64,000 nucleotides of DNA from Octopus vulgaris. Lineage: Eukaryota. Made by a program: the position numbers and the translations under genes. The stretch covers positions 102,176,001-102,240,000 of the forward strand of contig OX597822.1 in assembly GCA_951406725.2 (NCBI GenBank), read 5' to 3'. A model generated the notes under the pieces. The model ran no database searches. It saw only the letters and a list, made by a program, of their open reading frames with translations, and had not been told where the DNA came from. Of this stretch, positions 1 to 12,400 are shown in pieces. Each line of letters opens with the position of its first letter. Positions within the stretch are counted from its first letter, which is position 1.

Positions 1-269
1 AGAAAGAGAGGTAGGCTTAAGAATTCGTGGCGTAGATCAACACAAAAGGAACTAGAGAAAGGAGGACATTCATGGCAGAGTATAAGTACAGAAGCGAAAA
101 ATTATGCGACATGGAATTCAATTATAAGTGGCCTATACTCTGCGTTGGAGGGTTAAAGGCAGGAAAGAAAGAAAAAAAATGTCGAGCAAAGATGGCTAAC
201 GCATACATCACGTCCGTCATTTTCTACTGCTTGACCGTATTACGTTCGAGCGTATACTCTTCTGCTTCT

Positions 270-1800
270 TATTGAAGGGACGCGTCCCGACGGTCAGACG
301 GTCACGCGTGGTGACCTGGACATGCCGTGGCTGATGATGCACATACATGCACTGAGACTACATCTCCAGTGTCTCCTTGACGGTGAACAGGTGTTGTTCG
401 CCAGACACGTATTTTCACAGCTAGATTCTTTAACAGAGCTGCAGTCCTGGGTGAAACAGAGACCGCGAGAGGGCTTTCAGAAAGTGGAATGCCTTCAAGG
501 GCTCAGAGCCCACAGCCAATCGGACACTGCGATAGGTCGAACGTCCACTTTAGCTTTTTATAGAAGACTAGCAGTATCGCCCGGCGTTGCTCGGGTTTGT
601 AAGGGAAATAACTATATAAGCATTTTTAGAGAGTTATAGCCAAAAAATAGCAAAAAATGCATTAAAAATGGAAAAAGAATGATGGTAAATATTTTTTTAA
701 ATCGTTGACTCGTAGACATTTTTAGAGAGTTACTTCCCTTATATAATAGCGAAAAAATGCATTAAAATGGAAAAAAATGATGGTAAATTATTTTTTAAAA
801 TCGTAGCCTCATCGTAGACACGCGCTAATACCCAGAAGGGCTCGATATGAATCACGACTATAAGATACCCGCTTTTGGTTACACTGCACCGCAAAATGTG
901 GGAGTAGTTAGGAATCTAAATCGTAGGAGACAGACACACAACTTGACTTTTATATATAAAGGATTAGTGGAAGGCAAATGCAATGACGTTCTCGGGGAGA
1001 CCTTGGGTGTCGAAGATCAGCTAACCGCTCTTTTCGGAGAACTTTCGGTCCGGAACTGATGAATAATTTCCAAAATTTCTGTCCAGTGCTACCGGGGAGC
1101 TTTGCCAGTTCGAGATAAACTTTACAGGTACGGGAGTCCCATCAGCCGAGCATATCCGAGCTGCGCGCAGGACGACGAGACGGTCCTGTGTGCACTCGTC
1201 CAGTGCCCAAGCATTGCAGACCTGTGGGTTCATGTCGAACACCTGCAGTCGCATGTAGGACGGACCCGGTTGTCAACTGAGTCCATCGTGAAGATCGCCC
1301 TTCCGCCTTCCATTAACCGCGAAGGCAAGGCTGTGTTTATATGCCTGGTGGCCATGGCGAATGAGGTTGTATAGTGGACGAGATTGAAGTGGCTGAAGAC
1401 AAACATTTTTCTCTTTGGCCAATCCCTGATCAACTTCTTCAAGTTTCACTTGAAAAGGAAAATAGGGATAGAGAGAGAAGTGTTGTCTTCTAGCCAGTTT
1501 GCTGAAAGGTGGATGAAAGTGGCGAGAATGGTGAGCTTACAGCTGTGGTTGAGAAAAAAAAAAGGAAAGGAAAAAAAGGCACCTACCCCCAAAATCAGAG
1601 TACCCATGGTTTTTATTGGGGGATTTTCCATGAGCAGCCCTCGAAACGGCTCCTCCCTGTTGAGGATCAAACATTGATAATTTATTTTTTAATTTTGTTA
1701 GTCTTGTTTACACGCAAAACCCTTACAATACACATTCACACACATTCTTTATTTTGTCCTCTACTGTCCATAATGTTTTTCTTGATGTAAACTCTTTGTG
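270..1800 (+). mobile_element. Decayed Tx1/L1-clade non-LTR retrotransposon, 3' part of ORF2 plus 3' UTR, interrupted by a mini-Helitron at 568-963
   Basis: Translation gives GDLDMPWLMMHIHALRLHLQCLLDGE...TLAFYR, resuming after the insertion as LVEGKCNDVLGETLG. It then shows a zf-RVT-like segment LPVRDKLYRYG..RAYPSCAQDDETVLCALVQCPSIADLWVHVEHL and WTRLKWL..LINFFKFHLKRKIGIEREVL..FAERW. Stops and frameshifts are present. Confidence 0.75.
568..963 (-). mobile_element. Non-autonomous Helitron-type element
   Basis: On the minus strand it starts 5'-TC(CTTTATATATAAAAG) and ends with the hairpin CCCGAGCAACGCCGGG followed by CTAG. It sits between A and T with no TSD, and removing it rejoins the Tx1 frame (FYRR|LVEG). 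A sister copy is at 37782-38177. Confidence 0.85.
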
Positions 1801-1818
1801 GTTAGTAAAGAAATTATT

Positions 1819-1861
<43 letters not shown>

Positions 1862-1892
1862 TTATTAGTAGTATTATTATTATTATTATTAT

Positions 1893-2335
1893 TGAGTGAG
1901 AGAGCAGTTCATGCCATCAAAGTGACACTGGGGTAAAATATACGAAGCTCAATATACCCATCATGACTACCCGTCTGATAAGGGTACACCAGGCACATGC
2001 ATCACAACCATATGTGCGCGACATGGTGATCTCATATCAAGATAAACAGCACATGACCTTGCAGGTGGGGCCCAGTTAGAATTTTCTTCAGGTTGAGTAG
2101 CCCATCCCGCTCAAAAGGTCCCTGAATAAGGGTTGTTTAAGGATGTTGAAAGAACCACCCATGTTTCCAGAGGTGAATTATTCAAACCCCAAAGAATCCC
2201 TCTCAACACATGGCTATGATTCTCCCCCACTACTTTTGCTCGTGATCAGAGATGCACATATCGTCAGCCACTAAGGGACATGCTCAACTGGTTACGGTCA
2301 AACAACTGACAAGCAAATCTGTGGTATTGAGCAGA

Positions 2336-2434
<99 letters not shown>

Positions 2435-3000
2435 ATTATTATTATTATTATTGAGTGAGAGAGCAGTGCATGCCATCAAAGTGACACTGGGGTAAAATAT
2501 ACGAAGCCCAATATACCCATCATGACTACCCGTCTGATAAAGGTACACCAGGCACATGCATCAGACCATATGTGCGCGACATGGTGATCTCATATCAAGA
2601 TAAACAGCACATGACCTTGCAGGTGGGGCCCAGTTAGAATTTTCTTCAGGTTGAGTAGCCCATCCCGCTCAAAAGGTCCCCGAATAAGGGTTGTTTAAGG
2701 ATGTTGAAAGAACCACCCATGTTTCCAGAGGTGAATTATTCAAACCCCAAAGAATCCCTCTCAACACATGGCTATGATGCTCCCCCACTACTTCTGCTCG
2801 TGATCAGAGATGCACATATCGTCAGCCACTAAGAGACATGCTCAACTGGTTAAGGTCAAACAACTGACAAGCAAATCTGTGGTATTGAGCAGAATATTTG
2901 CTGTAGCCCATCTTTTATACCAAGACAAAACAATGTACATGATAACACTTCCAATCAGTTAAGATCAGAAGCCATGAGAGCCACTGCCTGGTACTGCATC
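1893..3000 (-). repeat. Two tandem direct copies (~1893-2336 and ~2453-3000) of a ~445-bp interspersed repeat, each preceded by (ATT)n/(GTT)n; probably a retroposon 3' end
   Basis: Near-identical gagtgagagagcag...gtggtattgagcagaat blocks separated by an (ATT)n(GTT)n tract. Confidence 0.7.
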
Positions 3001-3056
3001 TATTATTATTATTATTATTGTTATTAATGTTGTTGTTGTTGTTGTTGTTGTTATCA

Positions 3057-3102
<46 letters not shown>

Positions 3103-3366
3103 AGTACATGTTTCTATATCCTTGTGTAATTACGGTTTCCTTCTTTGTTGTTTTCGTGACCTGCAAAACTTAAAAACATTTGCAACTGGTCCCCCTCCCA
3201 AAAAGTTTGTCCGTTGCTGATCTACATCTTCGAAAGACTCTTCCGCAAAATGTTATTTAAAAATAAAATACATTCAGAAATCTAGGAGGTAATAATATCG
3301 TTTAGTGGGGCACATCGAAATAGTTGGCTAAAATATTTCGATGGCGTCACTGAAAAAAATTTTTTT

Positions 3367-3787
3367 TGATCTTTTCGGTTTGAACGACAGTTTTTAACAT
3401 AATTTCTAGGTAACTAAAAAATTTTGAACTTCGTATACTGGTAGATTGTGTTTATAAAACATATTTTTCTCTTGGCTTTATTGAGAAAATTCTATAGTTT
3501 GTAAGATATTTGTTGTTTTTTTTTCTTCAATTTCTACAATTTCAACCAATCAATGACGTCTATTAAGGTAAAAAAAACATTCTGTGTCGTATGAATATGT
3601 CCCTCGTTTAAGAAACAGATTGGGGTCTATTTACATTTGTGAAGAAAAAAAGATACCCTTCCCCCCACCCCTAACCCTAACCCTAAAACAGATTGAAATG
3701 CAATAGATCGATACTAGGGTCATAATTATGGGCGACAGTTTCATATGACACCGCAAAAAAAAACTACCGCTCAAACCGAAAGGATCC
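3367..3787. mobile_element. ~415-bp MITE with TIRs (g)gatcttttcggtttgaacggcagtttt and an internal telomere-like (CCCTAA)n stretch
   Basis: Terminal inverted repeats at both ends; homologous copies at 6292-6710 and 11140-11552. Confidence 0.8.
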
Positions 3788-4073
3788 AAAATATTTTTTT
3801 TAACATTGGGAAACGAACTGTATTCTCCGCCATCATCAGCGAACAAGTGAGCCCCCTACGGTTGACCCTTTTAGAAATAGCAGTCTTTCGATATTTATGC
3901 CATAATTAAATTTCTTTTTGTAAATAACTTTTACAGCATTTTTAGTTGCTTTGACCTCTTTATTGTTTGTTTCCTTCCAATTAGCAGCAATTGCAGGTAG
4001 ACGTAAGGCGAAGGTATTAAAGGTGAAAGTGGAACAAAAAAGTAAAATTGTTAGATAAAAAACAAAATACAAA

Positions 4074-6060
4074 TTGCACAAATCAGAGAGCAACAGGAAA
4101 AAGCGCAATAGGTCAGCCAACCACCTCAAGCAGGTGACAAAAAAGGCAGTGCTTGAATTTGAACAACGCATTGCAGCTAACCCTGACAGCAAAGGGTTCT
4201 GGAAGTATGTGCACTCAAAGCAGAGACCCCACTCTCCAGTTGGTCCCTTCGCAATCCCCACACAGGACAGATTACTGGCAATCCCGAAGAATGTGCAGAA
4301 ATCATTGCTGGATGCTATGCCGGCATCTTTATTGTCGAAGACCAAAATGTTCCATCTTCATCACCACTGACATTGGACTCTATATCTTCTATGCAATTTA
4401 CACCAGCAATGCTGCAACGCCACCTAAAGAATAAACGCAATTATGCCTCTCCTGGTCTCGATGGTGTTACATACCTACTTCTCAAACGCGGTGGGTACTT
4501 TCTTCTAAGCCAACTTTCTCTATTCTTCCAATTCTGTCTTGACAATGGTGTTACTCCAGAACAGTGGAAAACTGCCAGTGTCATCCCTCTGTTCAAAAAA
4601 GGCGACCGCACATCGCCTGTCAACTATCGCCCCGTCAGTCTTACTAGCTGCATCGCCAAACTGATGGAATCCTGTATCAGAGAAACCCTCTGGAACTTCT
4701 GGAAGTCTCACAGCCTCATCCAGCCGTCACAATTCGGATTTATTCCTAACTCCAGCTGCTGTAATCAACTCATCGAGTTTCTTGAGGACGTTACCCAAAT
4801 CACTGATCGCGGATCCTGGGTGGATGTTGTTTACCGGGACTTTGCTAAGGCTTTTAACTCTGTGCCACACAAAAGACTTATGGTGAAGCTTTCTGCGTTG
4901 GGTGTAAGAGACGAACTCTATAACTGGTTAAAGTCCTTTATTTTCGGCCGAAAAGAGGTTGTCACAGTTCTAGGATAGCACTGTTCGCCCTATGAGATGA
5001 CATCTGGTGTGCCGCAGGGATCTGTTCTTGGCCCCCTTTTATTTGTTGCATATGTTAATGACATAGATGCCAACTTAAAGAATGCCACAGTGCTGAAATA
5101 TGCAGATGACATCAAGCTGTACCTCGAAATAAAGAGGTCAAATCCTGTACACTATGGATCTCTATTGCAAGCAGACCTGGACACAATGCAGCAGTGGATC
5201 ATGGACTGGCAACTCAAGCTGGCTGTGGACAAATGTACCACCATGCATTTTGGGAGGAGAAACCCAGCGTCCACCTACTCCCTCCACAACACTAGTCTCA
5301 AAAAGTCTTCAAGTGAACGTGACCTGGGTGTTATTGTCGACAATGATTTGCGTTGGACGAAACACATCGCTAAAATTGTCAAGAAGGCTGAGGGTGTCTT
5401 GGCATCACTCACCAAATCCTTTGTGATCCACTCTCCGGCTATCTATCTGCGGCTTTATATAGCTATGGTAAGACCTCACCTGGAATTTGCATCACCGGTC
5501 TGGAACCCCTATCTTGCCCAGGACATCAATCGTCTGGAAGCTGTTCAGCAACGTGCAACCAAAAGAATACCCTCCATCAGGCATTTGCCATATCCTGAAC
5601 GCCTTGCGTCCCTGGGCATGGACACATTGAAGCTCCAACGTCTGGCAGCTGACTTGGCAGACACCCATAAAATTATCAACCATCGCACAAACAATAACTC
5701 TGAGCACCTCTTCAAACTCTACCCATCTAACACCCGTGGACATATTTACAAAGTAAGAAAACAGCACAGCTCCCATGACTTCAGGAAACATTTTTTTCAC
5801 GCTGAGAGTTGCTGAAGCATGGAACAAACTGCCGGCATCGGTTGTTAGTTGTCGGAGCACTGCATCCTTCAAAACTTCCATGCTTCCTGAGATTCGCCAA
5901 CACTACACTTGATTTTCTCCCCTCCATACACACACAAGCATGTATCTGACTCATACACTGTTCACTTTCCAGACATTTCTACATTACTGCATGTACTTTA
6001 TATGCACTTTCTGACAAGTTGTGGTGCACCTGAGCACTGTATACAATAATTTCATTATAT
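4074..6060 (+). mobile_element. 5'-truncated CR1-clade LINE, ORF2 reverse-transcriptase pseudogene
   Basis: Motifs SPGLDG, W KTASVIPLFKKGDRTSPVNYRPVSLTS, QFGF, DFAKAFNSVPH, SGVPQGSVLGPLLF, YADDIKLY, MVRPHLEFASPVWNP and TRGH. There is an in-frame TAG at 4976-4978 (CAG in the sister copy), plus frameshifts, and a short AT-rich tail. Confidence 0.92.
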
Positions 6061-6161
6061 TATATTAAAACTTGAATAGCGTCACGTAGCATTGAATAAC
6101 GTAGTTCTTGACAAACCTAAAAAGAAAAAGCAAGATTATCACGGCGAGACGAGCATTTTCT

Positions 6162-6272
6162 GTACAGGGTGTCCACAAAGTCTGGGTACATGAGGACTAA
6201 CACATACTTTAAGAAATTATTATTTCTTATACTTAATTCTTTATGTTATGATTTTATTTACTCCATGTACCC
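6162..6272. mobile_element. Small Tc1/mariner-like MITE (TIR tacagggtgtccacaaagtctgggtacatg) disrupted by the following MITE and satellite
   Basis: Left TIR at ~6162. Its inverse, catgtacccagactttgtggacaccctg, appears in every satellite unit downstream. Confidence 0.6.
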
Positions 6273-6291
6273 ACATGGGAATTAACACATA

Positions 6292-6710
6292 GGATCTTTT
6301 CGGTTTGAACGGCAGTTTTTTCTAGCGGTGTCAAATGAAATTGTCACCCATAATTATGACCCTAGAATCGATCTATTGCATTTCAATTTGTTTTAGGGTT
6401 AGGGTTAGTTAGGGGTGGGGTTAGGGTTAGGGGTGGGGGAAGGGAATCTTTTTTTCTTCACAAATGTAAATAAACCCAATCTGTTTCTTAAACGAGAGAC
6501 ATATTCATACGACACAGAATGTTTTTTTTACCTCAATAGACGTCATTGATTGGTTGAAATTGCAGAAAAACAACAACTATAGAATTTCCTCAATAGAGCC
6601 AAGAGAAAAAGATGTTTTATAAACACATTCTACAAGTATACGAAGTTTAAAAGTGTTTAGTTACGTGGAAATTATTTTTTAAAAAACTGCCGTTCAAACC
6701 GAAAAGATCT
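6292..6710. mobile_element. MITE of the 3367 family (opposite orientation), TTAGGG-rich core
   Basis: ggatcttttcggtttgaacggcag ... ctgccgttcaaaccgaaaagatc, flanked by the direct repeat tgggaattaacacata. Confidence 0.8.
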
Positions 6711-7702
6711 TGGGAATTAACACATACTTTAAGAAATTATTATTTCTTATATTTAATTGTTTATGTTATGATTTTTATTTACTCCATGTACCCAGACTTT
6801 GTGGACACCCTGCACAATTCATTTAACACGACGTATTCTACCAGTATACGAAGTTTAAAAGTGTTTAGTTACGTGGAAATTATTTTTAAAAAACTGCCGT
6901 TCAAACCGAAAAGATCTTGGGAATTAACACATACTTTAAGAAATTATTATTTCTTATATTTAATTGTTTATGTTATGATTTTTATTTACTCCATGTACCC
7001 AGACTTTGTGGACACCCTGCACAATTCATTTAACACGACGTATTCTACCAGTATACGAAGTTTAAAAGTGTTTAGTTACGTGGAAATTATTTTTAAAAAA
7101 CTGCCGTTCAAACCGAAAAGATCTTGGGAATTAACACATACTTTAAGAAATTATTATTTCTTATATTTAATTGTTTATGTTATGATTTTTATTTACTCCA
7201 TGTACCCAGACTTTGTGGACACCCTGCACAATTCATTTAACACGACGTATTCTACCAGTATACGAAGTTTAAAAGTGTTTAGTTACGTGGAAATTATTTT
7301 TTAAAAAACTGCCGTTCAAACCGAAAAGATCCCATGGGAATTAACACATACTTTAAGAAATTATTATTTCTTATATTTAATTGTTTATGTTATGATTTTA
7401 TTTACTCCATGTACCCAGACTTTGTGGACACCCCGCACAATTCATTTAACACGACGTATTCTACCAGTATACGAAGTTTAAAAGTGTTTAGTTATGTGGA
7501 AATTATTTTTTTAAAAACTGCCGTTCGAACCCAAAAGATCCCATGGGAATTAACACATACTTTAAGAAATTATTATTTCTTATATTTAATTGTTTATGTT
7601 ATGATTTTTATTTACTCCATGTACCCAGACGTTGTGGACACCCCGCACAATTCATTTAACACGACGTATTCTACCAGTATACGAAGTTTAAAAGTGTTTA
7701 GT

Positions 7703-7759
<57 letters not shown>

Positions 7760-8050
7760 CATTGTGTACAGTGTTCAGGTGCACCAAAACTCATCGAAAG
7801 TGTATATATAATCAGGTGTAGTTTCGACGGATTTCGGAAAGCATGAGGGCCTTAAAGGATGCAGTGTCATGTGGAAATTATGTGGAAATTATATTAAAAA
7901 ACTGCCGTTCAAACCGAAAAGATCTTGGGAATTAACACATACTTTAAGAAATTATTATTTCTTATATTTAATTGTTTATGTTATGATTTTTATTTACTCC
8001 ATGTACCCAGACGTTGTGGACACCCCGCACAATTAATTTAACACGACGTA
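6628..8050. repeat. Tandem satellite, ~207-bp unit, ~6-7 copies, interrupted at ~7705-7870
   Basis: The unit start ttctaccagtatacgaag recurs at ~6628, 6836, 7043, 7250, 7459 and 7669. The repeated 69-aa ORF block is its translation. Confidence 0.95.
7705..7870 (-). mobile_element. CR1 LINE 3'-end fragment with trinucleotide tail inserted in the satellite
   Basis: Reverse complement of the 33675-33810 LINE end (...gtgcacctgagcactgtacacaa(tta)n). Confidence 0.8.
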
Positions 8051-9343
8051 TGTCGGGTTTTTCCCTGGTGAAGGGCCGTAACTCCAATTGTCTTACCAGA
8101 ACACTTCCAGATGGCGGCAGCTGCTGCTTCGACACGTTTCTGTTAAGATTTGAGGAACGAAAAGAAAAACATTCTGGAAATTAAAACCTCAAGAAGGGAA
8201 AAAGATGTTCCGCTTTTTCTTCGATTCGTTTTTCGGTGACGAGAATCGGTAAAAATAACAATTTTAAACCTTTAAAAAAAAAAACTAACACCAACTTTTT
8301 TTATTTGTATCACAAACGTGTTTTTATGCTGTTTGTATTTTTGTATTCTTGCTGTTTAACCCTAGGTCAGATTGTCCGGTCACAGGCGTTTCGGAAGAAA
8401 ACAATTAAGTCTTCTTCTTACCTTTCTTCTTACCTTTCCGTCGTGTATTTGAGATATTATCTCGACTTCCTTGTCTGAGACTATTTGTTGTGTAACTTAA
8501 GGGACATTCGCTGATATTTTTGACGGGTCCAGCGAGTACAAAGGCCCTCGTGTTGTTATTTAGCCTTGGGTCACACCTAATGGTGGGGGGGGGGGGGAGC
8601 TTATGATCAATGAGGTTCCGGTCGTGACCATCACGTCTGTATAGTCATGACGGTTAAGTCTTATTTTAACTTCATTTTAAGTTGTTATTTTATTTTATTT
8701 TTGTTTGTTCTCGTTTCACTTTAACTCAAAATTATTTAACGGTTGAACGTACCATGTCCCCATGCAGGGATCGAACTCGGCCGCTTAGTCTAGCAGATCA
8801 AGTAACCCATTTACAGTTTCCCTTCTTAACTAGTTTACAATTAGTGTTGCTGTTTAGACCCAGTTGTTGCCCTGGTCACCTAAATCTACGATCAAAGTCA
8901 TTCCAAACATGACCGTCCCATTTTGCTTTCAGATGTAGTGTAACTCTGATTTCATAACAAATCCATTGGATCCTCTTTCAAGACACTCTGTTACGGTTTT
9001 AGGGGAAATATTAGCTGCTATATCTAACGCCTCGATTTCCTTTTGTAGTTCTTGAAGATAGCATAGAGGCGAAATGTGTATTTACACCTGACGTAATAAC
9101 TTTCAAAGTTATTGTCATTCTGTATGTAGTGATGGTGCGAAATATTTATTTACTGTTGTGTAACGCTTCTAGTCGGATCGATGTGTAATAATTTACAGAT
9201 GTGTGGTCCCCAAATATGTTTGTTGGTTCCTTTAATCCATTTCTTGTTCATATACGCTAAACTATCAAAACTAGACGTTCTTTGCGGGTTACCTCTTTGG
9301 TATGTATTTAAAATCCAAATATAACTTTGGGCCGACCAATACC

Positions 9344-9501
9344 TATTTCTTTTACTTCCCACAAGGGGCTAAACACAGAGGGGACAAACAAGGACAGACA
9401 AACGGATTAAGTCGATTACATCGACCCCAGTGCGTAACTGGTACTTATTTAATCGACCCCGAAAGGATGAAAGGCAAAGTCGACCTCGGCGGAATTTGAA
9501 C
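9344..9501 (-). mobile_element. SINE family B fragment
   Basis: Reverse complement of gttcaaattccgccgaggtcgactttgcctttcatcctttcggggtcgat..., shared with 10213-10820. Confidence 0.75.
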
Positions 9502-10212
9502 TGACCACAATACCTTGTGAGTGTTGTGAATGAATTTGATAGACGAAAACTGTACGAAAGCCTGCCGTATATGTGAGTGTATGTTTGTGTGTGTTAATCT
9601 CTCGCCGTTTGACAACCGATGTTGATGTGTTTACATCCTTGTAAACTAAATGTTCAGCAAAAAAAGAGACCGAGGAAGTAAGTGCCAAACTTAAAATTAG
9701 TACCGGGGCTGCTTCGTTGGACTAAACCCCTCAAGTTAGTACCCCATCATTTTCTCAGTCCAGTGACAGAGTTACAAACAAACAAACAAAATAACAGGAA
9801 AAGGTAGGGGTAGAATGTATTACATCGATTCTAGAAATATGACGGTCATTTGATAATATCAAGAAACTTCTAGTTTTTTCTTCTCTTTTCTTTTTTCTTT
9901 TCCTCACCGCAAATTTACCCTCCCCAACGTGATCTGAAATTCTTCAGACAATATTTAGTTCTTTAGTTCACCTCTCACCAAACAGTCACATTCACACACT
10001 CTGAAGTTGTGTGAAATCATCATCTTAACTAATTTTAATTACTAGTATGTCACCATATCTCCGTTTACCTGTCAACACCATTGCCGTAACCATACCTGAT
10101 ACTCTACTTTTACTAAAGTAAAATTTCGTATAAGTCGTTAACAAGGTCGCTCAGTTAGCCGAACAATGACACTTTCACTATCTCTGTTTTTCTTTGAAAC
10201 ACAGTTCGTGTA

Positions 10213-10820
10213 AAGGCGGCGAGCTGGCAGAAACGTTAGCACGCCGGGCTGAATGCGTAGCCTTATTTCGTCTGCCGCTACGTTCTGAGTTCAAATTCCG
10301 CCGAGGTCAACTTTGCCTTTCATCCTTTCTGGGTCGATTAAATAAGTACCAGTTACGCACTGGGGTCGATATAATCGACTTAATCCTTTTGTCTGTCCTT
10401 ATTTGTCCTCTCTGTGTTTAGCCCCTTGTGGGTAGTAAAGAAATAGGTATTTCGTCTGCCGTTACGTTCCGAGTTCAAATTCCGCCGAGGTCGATTTTGC
10501 CTTTCATCCTTTCGGGGTCGATTAAATAAGTACCAGTTACGCACTGGGGCCGATATAATCGACTTAATCCATTTGTCTGTCCTTATTTGTCCCCTCTATA
10601 TTTAGCCCCTTTGTGGGTAATAAAGAAATAAGCAACGTTAGCACGCAGGGCGAAATGCTTAGCAGCATGTTGTCTGTCTTTACGTTCTGAGTTCAAATTC
10701 CGCCGAGGTTGACTTTGCCTTTCGGGGTCGATAAATTAAGTACCAGTTGCGTAGTGGGTAGATCTAATCGATTGCCCCTCCCCACAAAAAATTTCAGGCC
10801 TTGTGCCTAGATTAGAAAAG
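10213..10820 (+). mobile_element. tRNA-derived SINE family B, multimeric/tandem copy
   Basis: Head ggcggcgagctggcagaaacgttagc, B-box gagttcaaattcc and core gcctttcatcctttcggggtcgataaa. The ~180-bp body is repeated; other copies at ~15015, 19393, 36052, 36476, 49462 and 62232. Confidence 0.8.
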
Positions 10821-11139
10821 ATTTATAGTTGGTATCGTTAAGAAGATCTTAACCATTTATCCTCCAGATTACTCTGTCAAATATAATCCTTATTTATTCA
10901 CATTGTTTTCATTTAATCCTGTACTTTCTCGTAGCTTCGAAATTTCAATGAAGTTATTCGTTATTTTTTTAGAATGACATTGTAGGGTGGGTGTGAGAGG
11001 CTGGATCTGACTAGTTTGGTCGAAGAACAGGTAGGATATTTAGTTCGGATATGGCCGATCTAAATGTTAAAGGACTAAACTGACATCTGTGTGTCCTCCT
11101 CCAATTTCGCCTTCCTTATTTAATGAAAGGACTAAATTC

Positions 11140-11552
11140 GGATCTGTTCGGTTTGAACGACAGTTTTTTTCTAGCGGTGTCATATGAAATTGTCACCCAT
11201 AATTATGACCCTAGTATCGATCTATTGCATTTCAATCTATTTTAGGGTTAGGGGTGGGGGAAGGGTAGCTTTTTTTTCTTCAGAAATGTAAATAAACCCA
11301 ATCTGTTTCTTAAACGAGGGACATATTCATACGGCAGAGAATGTTGTTTACCTCAATAGACGTTATTAATTGGTTGAAATTGCAGAAATTGAAGAAAAAA
11401 ACAACAAATATCTTACAAACTATCGAATTTTCTCAATAAAGCCAAGAGAAAAAAGATGTTTTATAAATACATTCTACCAGTATACGAAGTTTAAAATTTT
11501 TTAGTTACCTTAGAAATTATGTTAAAAACTGCCGTTCAAACCGAAAAGATCC
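11140..11552. mobile_element. MITE of the 3367 family with an 8-bp TSD (ctaaattc)
   Basis: ctaaattc|ggatctgttcggtttgaacg ... cgttcaaaccgaaaagatcc|ctaaattc. Confidence 0.88.
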
Positions 11553-11879
11553 CTAAATTCAATTCTCCCCCCCACCACCACCATTCTCTCACACACTAAA
11601 ATAATAATATGTGATTTAAGGGAGGGTTGGCTGCTATTTCTAGCAGGTAAAGTCTAGGTCTTAGCTTGCTATTGTTTATGCTCTTACGTTGCCCTCCTTT
11701 CCCCCCCCCCCCCCTCTCTCTCTCTATGAGATAAGCTTAAAACCTTCTTTATTTTACTAATATTTTTTTATTCAAAATATGAACAGGAATGTACTTTACA
11801 AAACAAACAAACAAAATACAAGAAAAAAGTAAAACAAAAAAGGAGAAAGAAAAAAAACATCAGTGGAGCTCCAAGTGTT

Positions 11880-12182
11880 TCAGTTGGTTACACGCCAAGT
11901 GTGTGAGTTCGAATCCCGGACCGGGCTGCGTGCTTGTGTTCTTGAGCAAGACACTTTATTTCACGTTGCTCCAGTTCACTCAGCTGTAGAAATGAGTTGC
12001 GACGTCACAGGTGCCAAGCTGTATCGGCCCCTTTGCCTTTCCCTTGGATAACACTGGTGGCGTGGAGAGGGGAGGTCAGTATGCATGGGCGACTGCTGGT
12101 CTTCCATGAACAACCTTGCCCGGACTTGTGCCTGGGAGGGTAACTTTCTAGGTGCAACCCCACGGTCAGTCATGACAGAAGA
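11880..12182 (+). mobile_element. tRNA-derived SINE (B-box gagttcgaatccc, core ttgagcaagacactttatttcacgttgctccag)
   Basis: Shares its core with the SINE at 35497-35819. Confidence 0.7.
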
Positions 12183-12192
12183 TCTCAATATA

Positions 12193-12400
12193 TATCTTAT
12201 ATAAAATACGTTCTGTCTGTCTGTCTGTGTGTGTGTGGCTTCTAGGATCTCGGGCATCCTCCATCCGATCACGCTCAAATTTGATATGTAGATACCGACG
12301 GTATCAGGGCGTGTATAAGTCTTGAAAAAATTACAAAAGTCGATTCCAGGTGAGAATGCGATCGATAAAGCCGTGGGAAATCGTTTTTCTTTGGAATAGA
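12193..12400 (+). mobile_element. Probable 5' part of a non-autonomous Helitron-like element
   Basis: atcttatataaaatacgttctgtctgtctgtctg followed by ...ccgatcacgctcaaatttg, a typical mini-Helitron 5' end. No 3' end was found. Confidence 0.45.

Noticed and set aside
1273-1448. Apparent minus-strand terminal exon (KLEEVDQGLAKEKNVCLQPLQSRPLYNLIRHGHQAYK...) with a good acceptor
   Set aside because: The + strand encodes a recognisable Tx1/L1 zinc-knuckle region, so this is its antisense shadow.
3100-4030. Possible minus-strand exons (VTKTTKKETVITQG; WKETNNKEVKATKNAVK)
   Set aside because: No recognisable homology and no consistent splice chain could be built.
6392-6440. Telomere or interstitial telomeric array
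   Set aside because: Only a few TTAGGG units, and they are an internal part of a dispersed MITE.
6628-8050. CRISPR-like array or repeat protein ORFs (6768-7304, 7334-7846)
   Set aside because: Units are contiguous with no unique spacers; this is a eukaryotic satellite made of MITE parts.
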